From: a virus
Lineage: Duplodnaviria; Caudoviricetes
Strand: one strand, 5' to 3'
Length of the DNA: 64,000 nucleotides
IMG/VR virus record: IMGVR_UViG_3300048896_000095
Coordinates: 3,832 to 67,831 of that record
This document shows positions 52,170 through 60,564 of the stretch, piece by piece (positions within the stretch are counted from its first letter, which is position 1; the number at the start of each line of letters is the position of its first letter). The translations under genes were made by a program, and so were the position numbers. The notes below the pieces were generated by a model that saw only the letters and a program-made list of their open reading frames with translations, ran no database searches and was not told where the DNA came from.

Positions 52170-53275
52170 TCGCCTCGCCTTTCCTTCCTGCGGAACATTG
52201 TCCAGTGCCGCGTTCGTATCGCTGTCGTCAACCACCCGTGCTCGGTGGCTAGCTCTTCACCGTTCCAATCTACACCTTCCGTCTCGTCCGGCAACCGAAC
52301 GCCTTCGCCGAAAGAAATCACCCGCGAATCTTCAAGGCATCCAAACAGATCCACAGCAGCTGAACACGCTGTCACCGTCTCGATCGCGAGCGGCTTGGGT
52401 GCTTCCCGTAGCTCCTTCCGTCGCCGGCGGAGCTTCACGAGCTCGGCGCGCTTAGCGTCACACCACACTTCGATCTGCTCGCACCGCCGCAGGTTGCTGC
52501 GCTCGATCCGTAGGCCTTTCGTTTTCGCCATCAGCCATTCGGTGGCGTCCGCGTTCACCATCAGACCACCACGCCAAAGCCGATCGAAAGCCAGCGTCGC
52601 CCGGTAGCGCGCTTGCTTCAGGTGCATGCCTCGCCAAACGGATAGCTTCAAATGTTCGCGCGGCGGCTCTTCTTCGGGCTCGGGCTTCGGCGCCGCCGGT
52701 GCTGGTTCGCTTCGGTGCCGCCGCTCCAGCTTACGGTCGAGCTTCTGCGCGCGGTGCTTCCGATCGTCGTACAGCGCGCGCCGATTCGGCTTCAGTCCCT
52801 TGTTCACGCGCTTGCCGCGTTCGATGCTCTTCCGCTCCCGATCGAGCTCGGCGAACTTCTGCACCGACCAGCGCGACACCTGATCACACTCCTCCAGCGT
52901 CATGTTGCCGATGTGCACCTGCTCGGTCGCTCCGAACTTCTCGGTCAGCCAGCGATAGGCGCCGGCGCGCGTCATGTAGCCGCCACGCTTCCACAGCTTG
53001 TCAAAGATGCCGTGAACAGCGTGGCGGGCGTCGCGCGTCGCCTGGTTCGCCGGCGTGCCCATGGGTCGGCCGTCGGGGTGCGCGCTGTGCGTGCAGTAGC
53101 AATCGGGGTACCGCTTGCAGCCCCAAAACATCCACTGCACTTCCTCGGTTTCGATGTTGATCGCGCGGAGTAAGCGCATCGGGCCGCTGCACTCCGCGCA
53201 CTTGATATCAGTCTGCGGCGGATCCTGCACGACCTCGACCCGCGTCTTCTTCGCCGGACGCGGTGTGAGCTTCAC
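52157..53275 (-). CDS. Topoisomerase-type Zn ribbon + DUF3268-like protein
   Basis: CAECSGPM...FWGCKRYPDC...HPDGRPMGTPAN...R...H..FD.LW...TRAGAYRWL...HIG. Confidence 0.75.
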   Translation of the reverse strand: MKLTPRPAKKTRVEVVQDPPQTDIKCAECSGPMRLLRAINIETEEVQWMFWGCKRYPDCYCTHSAHPDGRPMGTPANQATRDARHAVHGIFDKLWKRGGYMTRAGAYRWLTEKFGATEQVHIGNMTLEECDQVSRWSVQKFAELDRERKSIERGKRVNKGLKPNRRALYDDRKHRAQKLDRKLERRHRSEPAPAAPKPEPEEEPPREHLKLSVWRGMHLKQARYRATLAFDRLWRGGLMVNADATEWLMAKTKGLRIERSNLRRCEQIEVWCDAKRAELVKLRRRRKELREAPKPLAIETVTACSAAVDLFGCLEDSRVISFGEGVRLPDETEGVDWNGEELATEHGWLTTAIRTRHWTMFRRKERRGECRF

Positions 53276-53598
53276 GACTTGATCCTGTCGACCTTCAACG
53301 CTTTATCGGAAGCATTAGAAGCCTGCTCGTGTCGCTCTCCGGATTTGGACGACAGCTGCTTCCACCGCGCTTGCGCTTCGGCGTATTCACCCGCCGCAAG
53401 CGACACCTCCACCGAATCCTCCATGGCGCCGATCGCATACACCATGGCGCGCTCCACTGCTTCTGCGGCGAGCAGCAACACCAGCCACGTGTACTCCGGC
53501 GGGTAGCCTTGTGACGTGCCGTGCTCGATCAGTTGGCGAACCATCTGCGATGCCGCTTGCTCCATTTGCAGGTCGGTGATCTCTCGAAGCGCTCTCAC
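53272..53598 (-). CDS. Hypothetical helical protein
   Basis: 108 aa, GTGA-coupled at both ends. Confidence 0.6.
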   Translation of the reverse strand: MRALREITDLQMEQAASQMVRQLIEHGTSQGYPPEYTWLVLLLAAEAVERAMVYAIGAMEDSVEVSLAAGEYAEAQARWKQLSSKSGERHEQASNASDKALKVDRIKS

Positions 53599-53933
53599 GT
53601 TGCACCGCCGTCGCCGTCAATCGGGTCATCTGCCATCGGGCCCTCAGCGTTCCAGCGCGCGAGCTCTTCGGCTGTCATCACGTCGTCCGCGTCGCCACCC
53701 TCCACGCAGTCCCGCATTTCGTCGCCGCACTGCGCCGGCACCGCGTGGCCCGTGTGAAGCGCATCAAGACCCGCCTGCCAGGTCTGCAAGTACTCTTGGC
53801 ACTCGACCACGCGCACCGTGCGCGCTGCAGGCCGATCGCTCTTGCCGAGCTCGATCAGGTTTTCGAAGTGGCGCACGTGCTGCAGGCACAACGCCTTCTG
53901 GGTTTCCACGCTTAGATCTTCAGGGATGCGCAT
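53595..53933 (-). CDS. Hypothetical protein
   Basis: 112 aa with AAGGAG SD. Confidence 0.65.
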   Translation of the reverse strand: MRIPEDLSVETQKALCLQHVRHFENLIELGKSDRPAARTVRVVECQEYLQTWQAGLDALHTGHAVPAQCGDEMRDCVEGGDADDVMTAEELARWNAEGPMADDPIDGDGGAT

Positions 53934-54127
53934 GCTGTTTGGTCTCCTTCGGTTGGTTGTTCAAGCGAGCTAAGCAGCTCCCGCGCAAGCTCACGCTCAC
54001 GCTTTGCCCGGTCGCACAAGTCATCCAGCGCCGTCACCAGGATCGTGCGCTGTGCGCGCAGAGGGCTTGTGAACCCGAGCGCGACAAGCATCTCGATCGC
54101 GGTTACCCGCGAAAGCTTCATCACCAC
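53912..54127 (-). CDS. Hypothetical protein
   Basis: 71 aa filling the gap between neighbours. Confidence 0.5.
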   Translation of the reverse strand: MVMKLSRVTAIEMLVALGFTSPLRAQRTILVTALDDLCDRAKRERELARELLSSLEQPTEGDQTACASLKI

Positions 54128-54366
54128 CGCTGATGCTCCAGCGCCTTGGCCACGATCCGCAGCTTGCTCTTCTTCACGCTGCCAGCCGGCGCGAAGAACT
54201 GACCCACGATGAACGCCGTGTCTTGGCCTTCCTCGAAGTACCGAGCCAGCGCCGGCGCCGCTTCAGCCGGCAGAGTGATCGCGTCCTTGCCGTTCTGGCT
54301 CCTGCAGAAGATCGAGTCGTCGGCCTCGCGCGTAAGCTTCAGCACTTCGTTGATCGGTCTCTTCAT
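54121..54366 (-). CDS. Hypothetical protein
   Basis: ATG 54366 lies 8 nt after GCAGGAAGG (54375-54383). Confidence 0.65.
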   Translation of the reverse strand: MKRPINEVLKLTREADDSIFCRSQNGKDAITLPAEAAPALARYFEEGQDTAFIVGQFFAPAGSVKKSKLRIVAKALEHQRW

Positions 54367-54419
54367 GTCCTTCACCTTCCTGCCCGACTTTAGCGCGCCG
54401 GGCGAGCGCTTCGAATCTT

Positions 54420-55289
54420 TTAGGCCGGCGCGCGCTTCTCGCGTTCCGGCTCTGCCACGTTGATCGCAGGCGTTTGCGCGAACTGCTGCACGACTCTGCG
54501 CAGCGCCTCGGCAATGTCGCCGGGCTTCTGCTCGGCGCCGTTCACGTCGATGCGTACGCTGATGTTCGTAGCGCCCTTGCGGATTGCGTCCCGCGCCTGC
54601 GCCAAGATCGTGTTGCGGTGCGTCGTGTGCGGCAAGCCCAGAATCAGCGCGATAGCGTTCTGGAACGATTCGAATTCGTCGCGCTTTTCAGACAGCGACT
54701 GGATCGCTCGAGATAGCCTCAAGATCGTCTGCCGCATTTCGAAAGCGCCGGTCGCCAAATCCTCGCAATTGGTCTCGGCCACGATGGCGTTGGCCGCTGC
54801 GTGCAGCTCGGTCATTTCGCGAGGCTTTCCTGCCAGCATGATCTTCGCGCCGGGATCGATGATCGTGTGCTGCTGCGGCGGAGCGGCGAATGGCGAGCGT
54901 TCCGCCAGATACGCCAGCGCAGGCCCGATGCCTTTCGCGTCGGCAGTGCGGTGACACGCAGCAGCGCGCTCCAGCGCTTCGGAGCGGTTCCTTACTGGCA
55001 GCGGACCCTGCTCGTCTAAGGTCACCACGCGCAGCGGCGGCACGCTCGGCGGCTTGGCGTGCTGCCCGAGCCAGCAGCAGGGACAACCATCGGCGGTACA
55101 ACCCACCTTGTGATCGTGCAGGTTCGGCGGGTGGTCGCACGTGCAGGCGCGCACGTTTTCCACCGCCACGAATTCATGACACACGCAATGCAGCATCACG
55201 TTCGCACCGGGCACCATCGCCGCGCAGCCCGCTGAAGTGTGCTCGCTCTCTTCGTGCCCGCAGCCCGTTCGTTTGCAATACCTAACCAT
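54420..55289 (-). CDS. Protein with two Cys/His Zn-binding repeats and a coiled coil
   Basis: C..GCGH...H...C...C.CHEF and CTCDH...H...C...CPC; ATG 55289 after AGGAAGG. Confidence 0.7.
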   Translation of the reverse strand: MVRYCKRTGCGHEESEHTSAGCAAMVPGANVMLHCVCHEFVAVENVRACTCDHPPNLHDHKVGCTADGCPCCWLGQHAKPPSVPPLRVVTLDEQGPLPVRNRSEALERAAACHRTADAKGIGPALAYLAERSPFAAPPQQHTIIDPGAKIMLAGKPREMTELHAAANAIVAETNCEDLATGAFEMRQTILRLSRAIQSLSEKRDEFESFQNAIALILGLPHTTHRNTILAQARDAIRKGATNISVRIDVNGAEQKPGDIAEALRRVVQQFAQTPAINVAEPEREKRAPA

Positions 55290-55367
55290 TCGATCCTTGC
55301 CTTCCTTTTTGGGCCGACGGGCGCCGCTGATACCCATTGGGCCACCAGCAGCGGGACCGCCGACCCG

Positions 55368-55793
55368 TCAACCCTCGCTCGCCTTGGCCTGTCTGGCAAG
55401 CTCACGACCGTGGGGCGCGCAAATGTCCAGGGTTCCAAGCCTGACCACGCAGCGCCTGCAGACAGGTTTATCGCAGCTCGGACGGGTGCGCTCCCACCAC
55501 GTCGCCCAAGTCATGCCAAGCGCGTTCCGTGGAACCGCCTGCAGCGTCGCCGGCTTCGTGGAAACCGTAACCGTCTGCTTTTCGGTGTCGACCTCCCACA
55601 CGTAGAACACCTTGCGGTTGTGGATGTTCGTTCGTGCGTCGCCGCGCTTCGGTGGCTTCGTTTTCTTCTCGCCGACCGGATAGTCACAGAGCAGGTCGGT
55701 AAGCTCGCCGCAGCTGCAACGCTTCCGTGGCTGCCGCCTTCCGCAGACAATGGCCATCACGCCAGGGCCGACGTAAAGCGTCTCGCACTTCAT
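55368..55793 (-). CDS. Zn-finger protein
   Basis: CSC...LLCDYP...SCDKPVCRRC...DICAPH; ATGA overlap. Confidence 0.7.
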   Translation of the reverse strand: MKCETLYVGPGVMAIVCGRRQPRKRCSCGELTDLLCDYPVGEKKTKPPKRGDARTNIHNRKVFYVWEVDTEKQTVTVSTKPATLQAVPRNALGMTWATWWERTRPSCDKPVCRRCVVRLGTLDICAPHGRELARQAKASEG

Positions 55794-56227
55794 TCGGCTG
55801 CAGCGATGTACGGCACGCCCGTGAGCAGCTGCCGACACGTCTCCGGCTTGTGCGGCTTGAACGTCACCGCCGCGCATCGGTGGCAACGGTGCACCCGCTC
55901 GACTCTCGGATCTGCCAGGCCGTTCGAATCGACTCCCGAGATCCTCCACCCCAAGTCCGTGGGCTGCAGCGTTCGGACCGAGCCCTCTTCGTGCTGCACG
56001 TAGCCCAAGCTTCTGAGCTTGTGCATGAAGTCGCACACGTGGCGACCGAGCGCGATATCTAGCCGATCGCAGACCTGGCGCACCGTTGGGCACGCGCCGA
56101 GCTCCACACGCAGCTCGGCGATAACGACCAGGACCTGCCGCTGCCGCACTGTCAGCCCGGCGCTGTCGCGGCCGTGCGTGTCGCGCACTTCGTAACTGTA
56201 GCCGGCGTTGACGTATCGAATGCCCAT
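55790..56227 (-). CDS. LexA-type winged-HTH protein without the peptidase domain
   Basis: LTVRQRQVLVVI...CPTVRQVCDRLDI...V...HKLRSLGYV...SVRTL; TGATG overlap. Confidence 0.75.
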   Translation of the reverse strand: MGIRYVNAGYSYEVRDTHGRDSAGLTVRQRQVLVVIAELRVELGACPTVRQVCDRLDIALGRHVCDFMHKLRSLGYVQHEEGSVRTLQPTDLGWRISGVDSNGLADPRVERVHRCHRCAAVTFKPHKPETCRQLLTGVPYIAAAE

Positions 56228-56853
56228 CAGAGTTTCGCTCGAATCTTTGCCCACGTTGCTTGTCTTTCCGCGAGGCCTTCCCAGGTCGTGTCTGTGCACT
56301 TCCGCCCGGCGTAGTTGTTGATCGTGCCCTGCAGCCACGGCGCGCCCGAGCCCTTGCAGGTCAGCCACGAGCTTCGCAGCTGAGCGCTCGCCGTCTCGGC
56401 TTGGAAGGTCGTGTGCTCCAGCCCGATCAGCGCGTCCCAATCGGCGTCCTTCCGTCCGTTGCGGTGCTGCTGCCAGGGGCCGCGCGCCTTGCCGCCGTCG
56501 CACTCGTGGGCCTTGCAGTCGCCTCGGTGGATGCGAAGGCTCCACGTGGTCTCGTGGTAACTGATGGTCAGCAGCAGCGCCTGCCAGTCCCGCAGGCCTA
56601 CGCCCGGCGGCTTGTTCTGGCTGGCGCCCTCGATCGCCGTGGCCAAGTCCTGCAGCTGCACCGCCTTCAGCTCGGGCGTTGCCCTATCCTCGAAATAGAC
56701 CGGCTGGCGCTGCATCACGGTCAGCACCGGCTCACCGCAGTGCGCTAGGTGCGCGCCGATGCACAGCACGATCAGCGTCGCCAGAAACCCCAGAATCACC
56801 TTGGCCAGCACGGCCATGCCTCGGTCGAACGCGGACGGTTTTTGGTTCGTCAT
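56227..56853 (-). CDS. Membrane-anchored lytic transglycosylase-like protein
   Basis: N-terminal TM VLAKVILGFLATLIVLCIGA; LLTISYHETTW (catalytic Glu context), GPWQ. Confidence 0.65.
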   Translation of the reverse strand: MTNQKPSAFDRGMAVLAKVILGFLATLIVLCIGAHLAHCGEPVLTVMQRQPVYFEDRATPELKAVQLQDLATAIEGASQNKPPGVGLRDWQALLLTISYHETTWSLRIHRGDCKAHECDGGKARGPWQQHRNGRKDADWDALIGLEHTTFQAETASAQLRSSWLTCKGSGAPWLQGTINNYAGRKCTDTTWEGLAERQATWAKIRAKL

Positions 56854-57575
56854 GGCTTCACCGTATCCGGCTCGGGCGAATCGAGCAATTCCCCGGCCTG
56901 ATCCAGAATGGGCGTGATCTCTTCGAGCGTGGCGTCGCCGGCGCGGTAGAGCGCCCACGCTGCTTTCATCCGCACTGCGGCCTCCACCTTCCGCTCCCTC
57001 CTGCGCTTGCTGTCGAGCCCCACCAGCCGCTTCACGAGCTCGGGCGCATGCTTCAGCTGCAGAGCGCCGTCGTAGCTAATCGCGTCCTTCTGGCTGCAGT
57101 TGTTCAGGATGTGCTGCACCAGGCAAGCAAGCTGCAGATCCGAAAGCTTCGTCAGGTCGTCAGAGTCTTTTGCCTTCTCGGGAAGGAACGCCATTAGCTC
57201 GTCGGTCGACCAACGATCGAGCGGCTTGTTAGTCGCCAGGTTCGTGCGTGCCCGATCCTTCGGTGTGTTCGGCGCCTGAAGCTTTCCACCTAGCGCCTTC
57301 ATCGCTTCGCCGACCTGTTGAATCGCCGGCACCATGCCCTGAAGCGATTGCTTGAAAGTCTCCATCACCGATCCCACCGTTTGCCCGAGCGCTGCAGCCA
57401 CACCGATCAGGGCTTGCTCTTCTTCGCGCGTGAGCTTGCCCGTGCTGATCCTCACTTCCAGATCTCTAAGCTGCTCGGCGGTCATGCTCTGAAACAGAGA
57501 CGTTGACGCCGGCGGCAGCTTAGTGCGCGCGAGTTGCTGCCGCATTTGCTCCGCCGTCATCTTCGATGCCGTCAC
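56850..57575 (-). CDS. Hypothetical helical protein
   Basis: GTG 57575 in GTGA overlap, with GCAGGAGG SD. Confidence 0.6.
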   Translation of the reverse strand: MTASKMTAEQMRQQLARTKLPPASTSLFQSMTAEQLRDLEVRISTGKLTREEEQALIGVAAALGQTVGSVMETFKQSLQGMVPAIQQVGEAMKALGGKLQAPNTPKDRARTNLATNKPLDRWSTDELMAFLPEKAKDSDDLTKLSDLQLACLVQHILNNCSQKDAISYDGALQLKHAPELVKRLVGLDSKRRRERKVEAAVRMKAAWALYRAGDATLEEITPILDQAGELLDSPEPDTVKP

Positions 57576-57859
57576 GTTTCCTCCTGCAGGTTGATCAGGC
57601 CAAGAAACCCGCGGAGCTCCTCCACCAGATCCGTGGAGATATGAAAGCTCATGAACCACTGCCGCGTGGTCTCGCTATTCGAGCTCGGCCCGCTGCTGCC
57701 GAACTGAGTGGTGAATCCCTTGCGCTCGCCCCGAGCTCGCTTCTGCGCCCACTCAAGACACCACGAGTGGATCGCGCTGATCTGGTCCTGCGTGCCTCGC
57801 ACGCGAACCCGAACCATGGGCTGCAGGTCGAACGAACACACCGGCCGCTTCGGGCTCAT
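57572..57859 (-). CDS. Hypothetical protein
   Basis: ATG 57859 in ATGA overlap. Confidence 0.6.
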   Translation of the reverse strand: MSPKRPVCSFDLQPMVRVRVRGTQDQISAIHSWCLEWAQKRARGERKGFTTQFGSSGPSSNSETTRQWFMSFHISTDLVEELRGFLGLINLQEET

Positions 57860-58173
57860 TCGTACCGCTCGCTTGCGCGCATGCCGCGCGAGATTTGCCC
57901 CATCAGCGGTTCCGAGAGTGCCCGCGAGATCTGCCCGAGCTTTCGCTCCGCCCACGCCGCGCCCAGCTCTTCGGTCATGCGCCAATCATTGGCCACGCCA
58001 AACCCGAACACCTCGATCCAGATCTGGAAGTCGGGGCGGTCACCCGAAGTCGATGGACCGATCGTCACTTCGAGCGGGCCTCGCTTCCACACCAAAACCC
58101 CAGAGCCGAGCGGGGCCACCATTGGCCGCCGCATTGCCTTGCCGAAAATACTCGGGTTCTTTTTCTTCGCCAT
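57856..58173 (-). CDS. Hypothetical protein
   Basis: ATG 58173 after hairpin + GCAGGAAGG. Confidence 0.7.
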   Translation of the reverse strand: MAKKKNPSIFGKAMRRPMVAPLGSGVLVWKRGPLEVTIGPSTSGDRPDFQIWIEVFGFGVANDWRMTEELGAAWAERKLGQISRALSEPLMGQISRGMRASERYE

Positions 58174-58240
58174 GCTTCACCTTCCTGCGCCCTGCTAGGA
58201 GCGCTCGCCAACCGTAGCTCCATGCCCGCGCCGGGTGCAA

Positions 58241-58471
58241 CTATCCCGCCGGCGCTCGCTTGTTCCAAGCCATTCGCGCCGCGCGCTCGGTCTCGTGGCG
58301 CGGTCCTTTGGTGCCGCACTTCGCGCATTGCACACGCCAGATCTCGGCGTCTCGACAGCGCCCACGGAACCTCCTGGTTTTCCGCGTTCCGTAGAAACGC
58401 GTCTCGTTCGGCCGGCGCCCACAGAATGGGCACCGCTCGTGCGAATGCCGAATCCCGCTAAAGGTTTGCAT
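58241..58471 (-). CDS. Lar-like (restriction alleviation) Zn-finger protein
   Basis: CPFCG...VQCAKCGTKGP...AARMAWNKR. Confidence 0.75.
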   Translation of the reverse strand: MQTFSGIRHSHERCPFCGRRPNETRFYGTRKTRRFRGRCRDAEIWRVQCAKCGTKGPRHETERAARMAWNKRAPAG

Positions 58472-58613
58472 GCTGCACCCGCTGCACCCGCCTGCGCTTC
58501 TTCGGCTTGCGCGTGCCTCGCACCATCGCCCGCGTGTAGGCGTCGGCGCGCCCGGCGGCCAGGTCCAAGCCTAACCGCCGGTACCGCCAGATCGCCGCCG
58601 TGCGGCTGATCAT
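58458..58613 (-). CDS. 51-aa basic hypothetical protein
   Basis: ATG 58613 in ATGA overlap with a 44-aa upstream ORF. Confidence 0.45.
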   Translation of the reverse strand: MISRTAAIWRYRRLGLDLAAGRADAYTRAMVRGTRKPKKRRRVQRVQHANL

Positions 58614-58744
58614 GAGCTCCACCGCCCACGCTTCTGCGAGCTGCTGGCGTTCACCGTCGAGAGTGGCAGGTCGTCCAGGCCAAGGGCGTGGCGCAGCGCG
58701 TTTAGGACAAGCCGCACCTCGTCCGAATTCAGTTCCGCGGCCAC
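58610..58744 (-). CDS. 44-aa hypothetical protein (not in track)
   Basis: GTG GCC GCG GAA CTG AAT...: MAAELNSDEVRLVLNALRHALGLDDLPLSTVNASSSQKRGRWSS. Confidence 0.4.
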   Translation of the reverse strand: MAAELNSDEVRLVLNALRHALGLDDLPLSTVNASSSQKRGRWSS

Positions 58745-59616
58745 AGCCGATCCAAAAGCCAGAGAGCGCCAGCGGCAACGTGATCCCCGAACTTCGGCTC
58801 GGGCTGTTTCATGCGAACGCGCTGCCCGTCAACCGTTTGGCGAATTAACGGATCGTCAACGATCACGGTGTCGGCGCGGCGCCCCCGCATCCTGGCCGCC
58901 TGGCGATCGGCCAACCATCGCTCGATAAATTCCTGCGTTGCTGTCTTGGCTTCATCGTTCGGCGTGGTGTCGAGCCAGTCGTGGATCGCGTCGTTCAGCG
59001 CCGTGCACTCTGGGCTTTGCCCGATGCCGATACCGCGCCGGATCAGGTAATTGCTCAGCACTTGGATCGCTGCGTGCGCCATGCACCGTGCGGCGTGTCG
59101 CTCTTGGGCCACCAGCTGCTTCAAGTCCAGGTGGTGCGTCTTCATCGCAATGCCTTGGCGCTCGGCTTCCTTCAGCTCTTCGAATTCAGCTTTCTTGAGC
59201 ACGGCGTAAGCTCCAGGGTCTAGGCCGTCGAGACTACGTAGAAAGCTCGCACCGAGCGGCGGATCCTCGTCCAGCTCGTCAGCCTCCACGGTGCGCCCGA
59301 GCTCGCGCAAGCGCTCCAGCTCTTCGAACCACTCCGGATCGATCGTGTCCGTGAAATTGTTCGTGATGGTTTCGAGCTGTTCGATCCGTTCGCTGGCCGC
59401 CTTGAGCGCATCTTTCGCATTCAAGAATTCAGAAACATTTTGCACTGCCCCGCGTGTCAAGCTGTCGCCCGAAGTCGCGATCTCTCCGATCACTTCAGCG
59501 CGCATCCGCGTTCCCATCGCTATCAACACCTCAGCCAGATCTTTTGGCGTCGCCTCGCGCGCGCCAACCTTGCCGAGCTCGATCACCGCCAACACGCCTC
59601 TTTTGAATTGAATCAC
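58729..59616 (-). CDS. Hypothetical helical/coiled-coil protein
   Basis: 295 aa after hairpin + GCAGGAAGGTAAG. Confidence 0.7.
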   Translation of the reverse strand: MIQFKRGVLAVIELGKVGAREATPKDLAEVLIAMGTRMRAEVIGEIATSGDSLTRGAVQNVSEFLNAKDALKAASERIEQLETITNNFTDTIDPEWFEELERLRELGRTVEADELDEDPPLGASFLRSLDGLDPGAYAVLKKAEFEELKEAERQGIAMKTHHLDLKQLVAQERHAARCMAHAAIQVLSNYLIRRGIGIGQSPECTALNDAIHDWLDTTPNDEAKTATQEFIERWLADRQAARMRGRRADTVIVDDPLIRQTVDGQRVRMKQPEPKFGDHVAAGALWLLDRLWPRN

Positions 59617-59661
59617 TTTCCACTTACCTTCCTGCGGCGCGTAGCCGCTTGAGTCACTTCG

Positions 59662-60003
59662 CTACCATTCCGTTCGCATCACATCAAGAAGCTGCTGCAG
59701 CGAGCCGAAATGTGGCTCGCCCATCGTCCTCGGTCGCACGTGCCGCTCGAACAGCTCCAGCGTCATGGGCAGGAGCCTGAAGCGCACGCCTCCGCTCGAG
59801 AAGTCGAACACGTCGGCGCTCTGTTCGTGCACCTCGCTGATCGGAAAGATTCGGTCGTGGTGCGCCTCACGCCAAATCACTTGGTGCAGGTCCGGCGGCT
59901 CCTTCGGTTCGATGTGCGGCGCATAGCCAGCCACCGACCACGGATCCTTGCTCAGCACGACCACGGCTTCGGGCCAGTCGTCGGGTTTCGTAAAGTCGCT
60001 CAC
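59662..60003 (-). CDS. Hypothetical protein (possible immunity protein)
   Basis: 113 aa, abutting the upstream stop. Confidence 0.6.
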   Translation of the reverse strand: MSDFTKPDDWPEAVVVLSKDPWSVAGYAPHIEPKEPPDLHQVIWREAHHDRIFPISEVHEQSADVFDFSSGGVRFRLLPMTLELFERHVRPRTMGEPHFGSLQQLLDVMRTEW

Positions 60004-60294
60004 CTAAACACGCTCTCCAGGCAGCTGGTCGGCAGTCGGGCGGATCGCGTGTTCATCCTCGGGTTGGTGACCCATCGGCAGCATGCAGCGATTGCCATAC
60101 CCACTCACCCAATTGCAGCGCTGCGTTTCAGCCTCGGCCACCACCGCGATCCCGTGCATATCGATCACCGGCTTACCGTCCACCTCCGTGAACGCATGCG
60201 AGTAACCCGCTGCAGTGAGCTTGCCCTTCACTTCTTCGAACGCTGGCCCTGACAGCTCCAGCAGAGCGAAGGTGCGCGTCTGCCGGATGTTCAT
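60004..60294 (-). CDS. Hypothetical protein
   Basis: 96 aa, ATGA overlap. Confidence 0.6.
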   Translation of the reverse strand: MNIRQTRTFALLELSGPAFEEVKGKLTAAGYSHAFTEVDGKPVIDMHGIAVVAEAETQRCNWVSGYGNRCMLPMGHQPEDEHAIRPTADQLPGERV

Positions 60295-60521
60295 GAAATC
60301 ACCGGCACGGGTTCGAGCTTGAAAACTGAACCGATGGCGATGCTATCGAACCAGCGCCTGTTGTCTTCCTCGGGCGTTGGCAAGCCTCCACCGAACTTCG
60401 CATCCTTGCGCACGTACACGCTCGTGCCGAACAGTTCGTAGCGCTGTTCATCGCTTCGATTGCCGAGCTCGATCACGTAGTGGATCTCGGTCTCCGACTT
60501 CTTCAGGACAATGAACCGCAT
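60291..60521 (-). CDS. Hypothetical protein
   Basis: 76 aa after GCTGGAAGGTAAG. Confidence 0.65.
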   Translation of the reverse strand: MRFIVLKKSETEIHYVIELGNRSDEQRYELFGTSVYVRKDAKFGGGLPTPEEDNRRWFDSIAIGSVFKLEPVPVIS

Positions 60522-60564
60522 AGCTCTTACCTTCCAGCTCCCAAGCCTAGCTCCGCTCGGCGGC

